DNA of 64,000 bases, from contig CM052818.1 of the NCBI GenBank assembly GCA_028534125.1, positions 26,042,001 through 26,106,000 of the forward strand, given 5' to 3'. Below the pieces are notes generated by a model. The model was not told the origin of the DNA. It was given only the letters and a program-made list of their open reading frames with translations, and did no database searches. A program made the position numbers and the translations under genes. Below are positions 60,908 through 64,000 of the stretch, one piece after another. The stretch is from Lama glama (taxonomy: Eukaryota). Each line of letters begins with the position of its first letter. Within the stretch, counting starts at the first letter, position 1.

Positions 60908-61399
60908 AGCTAAGATTTTGGCACTGGGGCCAACGAAGTCATCACTTTGCTCACTTACTTCTAAATAAAACTATCATTTCTGGCAGTTTGGAATAGTGCA
61001 AATTTTATAGTAAGTTCAATATCATGCATTTGAATGTAACAGATCTAGTCCTGAAGCCCAGGTGGAGGCTTCATTCCAGTTCTCTGCATGTTCCAGCCAC
61101 TGTTTTACAGGAAAATTTTCTAAACCCTCCCAAGGCTGGACTGTAAGTTACAGAGATCACACTTTGCAGGGCAGATACCAGGGTTGCTCTCCCCTGGGAG
61201 GGGAGAAGGCGGGTTTGAATTGAATCCTGCGCTGGAACCAAGATGGCTTTGCCTGTTAGGGTCCTGGGCCCTGGAGAACATCAGCTGTCCTGGGAGAGGG
61301 GGAGGAGGAGTGTGGTCCTTAACAGGCACGACAGTGCCAGAGAAGCCTATGCTCATGCAGAGTTAGACAGGAGGGGCTTGTGTACAATTCACGATGATG

Positions 61400-61610
61400 G
61401 GCAGTAAGTTTATGAGTGTTTACTGCTATGGTCTGGATGCGCTCACAGAACTGAGTTCAAACCTTGACTCCTTCACTTGCAGCCTATAAGACTTTTGGCA
61501 AATAGTTCATTGTCTCTGAATTTCAATCCCCTTACATGAAAGGTAAGCTAAAGACAGCAATACTTTCAGGATGACCGAGAGAAGTAAATGAAAGAGTAGA
61601 TGTGAAGCAC
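61400..61610 (+). mobile_element. MIR SINE
   Basis: gaactgagttcaaaccttgactccttcacttgcagc...ttggcaaatagttcattgtctctgaatttca. Confidence 0.65.
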
Positions 61611-62911
61611 AGAACTCCTCTCCTTTCTCCGTCGCATCGCCCTGTGCTGTCAGGCATTCTAAGAGGGCAGAGGAGCAGAAGCCGTGGGCCCCGGGATGAC
61701 TGTAACATCAGAGAGGAGGCTCGTCCTCCGGTTTGGCCGTGCACAGTGATCTGCAGGTGGCACTCAGAACTGATGCTGTGTTCATCCCTTGTTATGTGAA
61801 ATGATACCTGTAACTTGACTTTCACCTCTCTGATCTGCCTCAGGGAGCCTCAAGCGCCGTACTCTGAGCCCCGCAGTAGAAGAACGCAGAAACGAGGACT
61901 CCTGTGTGCTCGTGTGCTCTTCTTGCTGGGGATAAAGATTTCCATTCTACCCCAGAGCCCCAGGTATTCCACTGGCAACCTGGCAACCTGGGAGCTCAGG
62001 TGACTGCATCAGAAGGTCCCTGACACTATGAACAGAGAGCAAGGGGCCCCAGGGCACATCCGGTGGGAGGAGGCCCAGCCACCCCTGCACAGGGCACAGC
62101 GGACGCTTCCAAACCCAGAAACTGAGAAGCCCCTCCTTCCTTCTGTAATCAAACCCTTAAAATGAATAAGCCACCAGGGACTGACTCAGTCCAGCGGAAA
62201 AGGAAATAGGCAGGTTAGTCACCACCACAGCACAGACGACTGAATTTGACTTTCCACTGTGGACGGAGGAGCGTTCTGGACCATTTCCTCCCTGACAGTT
62301 GAGAAGGGAGAGCTGAGACCCTCCTTGCCCAGCCTTCTGGTTCAGGCTCCCGAGATGGCCTCAGCTTCTTCAGCGAAGCTGTTAGATGCTCCGGATGCCC
62401 CAGGTCTGAGTCCCAGTCCTGTGTTTCACCCAGGCCTGTCATGGGAAGAAAGAAGGCGGTATCTTCTGGGAAGCTGGGGAGTGCTGCTTCGTTTGCCCAA
62501 ATCCCTGGGAGGTCCCGCGATAGTGCTCCCTGGAGTCCTCTCCTGTTTGCACTGCATTGAGGGGTCTTTTCTCAACTGTCCGTGGCAGGGAGTTGCATTA
62601 GTGTGGTCCCAGAGCCTCATTACCGCAGGAGGGACTGGCCCAGGGCCTAGCTTGGAGGAGGGAACCCAGCAGGGCCTCGCCCAGCATCTTTCAGGAACCC
62701 AGCATCCTCCAGCCCGAGGAACGGCCTCTGTGCTGAGGGCCCTGATGTGGAGCACAGCCGTCTGGGTGAGGTGAAATGAGGTGAAGAAGAGGTATGGCGG
62801 GGCTGCCATCTGGGAGCTGGAGGAAAATCCACACTGGCTATTGGTCCCGAGCTCTTCTGCCAAAAGCAGAGCCATTTAAAGGCAGCAGCAAATGACCTCC
62901 CCAGACTAATG

Positions 62912-63138
62912 AGAATAGCTGATGCTGTGCGAGCCCCTGCCAGTGTCAGGCACTGCATTAGCTCCTTCAGGCCTCACCACCACTCTGTGAAATCGGCACT
63001 GGTATGGACCCCATTGTACCTCAGTGGAAACTGGACCCCGAGAAGTGATGTACAGCAGCTGAAGTGACTCAGTCGTGAGTGGCAGAGGCGGATTCAGACC
63101 CTGGCTGGCTCTGGAGTGGTGCTATTAACCCTGCAAAC
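62912..63138 (-). mobile_element. MIR SINE
   Basis: aatagctga...gtgtcaggcactg...cctcaccaccactctgtgaa...gtggcagaggcggattcagaccctggctggctctggagt. Confidence 0.7.
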
Positions 63139-63329
63139 CGCTGCCTCAGAAAGACAAGGTGGACTTGACTGGTGCCACCTTAAGCTTCCAGGAGCCTGCA
63201 GGTGGGTTAGGGCGTGTCGCCCTGGGAGCCAGCACACTGACCCAAGCAGACCACGTCTGTGAGGTCCAAGTTCCTGCATGACTCTGATTTTTACGGGACA
63301 GGAATAAGGGCTTAGTTGTAGTTGCAACA

Positions 63330-63565
63330 ATAATAATCATGGCTAACTTTCAAATGTTTACTGAGAGCTCACTCTTTGCCATCAGCTATGGTAACTGGTG
63401 TCCTCACAATGTCTCACTTACTCTGAGGCTGTGATATTATTATCCTTCTTGTATGAATGAGGAACCCTGGGCTCAGAAGAGTTAACTAACACGGCCAAGG
63501 TTGCTGCTTGTAAGAAGGAGAGCTGGGTCTCACAGCTCCAGAAGCCAAACTCCTAATGATGTGTT
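63330..63565 (-). mobile_element. MIR SINE
   Basis: tgtttactgagagctcactctttgcca...attattatccttcttgtatgaatgaggaaccctgggctcagaagagttaactaac. Confidence 0.75.
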
Positions 63566-64000
63566 ATGCTGGCTTTACTGCTTTTAATCCCCTCTGGAGG
63601 ATTAGACAAGCCCAGAAGGCATTTGGGCCTGTGCCCAAGGGCCTGTAAAGAGCTGTCATCATCTCCGAGGGGATATCGAGGCTTACTGAGGTCACTCTCC
63701 CACTGGCCTCTGTGATGTCTTCCACAGGGATGTGGAAATTGGGAATGTTCCCCCCGAAAGTCTTACTGGCTTTTCCCTGGGGATTTCCTTCATCTGTCAA
63801 GAAGGGGAGACGGTCTGAACACAAGCATACATGTTCTTTACAGTAAAGAACAGGTCTGAAAGACAACTAATATTTTTCTCGTTTTCGTTCCACATTTGCA
63901 AAGCTAAATTAAAGCAGCAGTTTTTTATAGAAGGAAAAGTATTTTGGCACATGCAGCTTGGTGCAAAATCCCTGGTTCATGAAGATGCAAACTGGCATCT

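Noticed and set aside
62259..62958. Overlapping 103-171 aa ORFs
   Set aside because: GC-rich sequence open on both strands with no recognisable domain
1..64000. Prokaryote-type systems (CRISPR, operons, retrons), and miRNA, snoRNA or rRNA genes
   Set aside because: Eukaryotic repeat-rich DNA; no repeat-spacer array or recognisable RNA gene seen by eye (an Rfam/Infernal scan would be decisive)

Overview
Mammalian genomic DNA, most likely from a camelid (alpaca/camel). That inference rests on tRNA-Ala-derived SINEs of the camelid vic-1 type. The window reads as intergenic or deep-intronic: I recognise no known protein-coding exon, RNA gene or CRISPR array. A large part is interspersed repeats: L1 of several ages, L2, MIR, L3/CR1, an ERV1 solo LTR, MaLR LTRs and hAT/Tigger DNA transposons. 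There are also microsatellites and two 500-N assembly gaps, both inside young L1 copies. Nearly all listed ORFs are chance, repeat-derived or N-gap artefacts. The most notable observations are a triple target-site duplication around a SINE plus a 3'-truncated L1, a young L1 with an 18-bp TSD and a YADD RT motif, and multi-layer nested transposons. Others are a head-to-head SINE pair, an overlapping STAT/NF-kB element and several candidate enhancer motif clusters. There is also a speculative set of phase-compatible + strand micro-exons. Repeat family names come from my recognition of consensus sequences, not from a database search; boundaries without a TSD or TIR are approximate. I found no convincing novel biological system.
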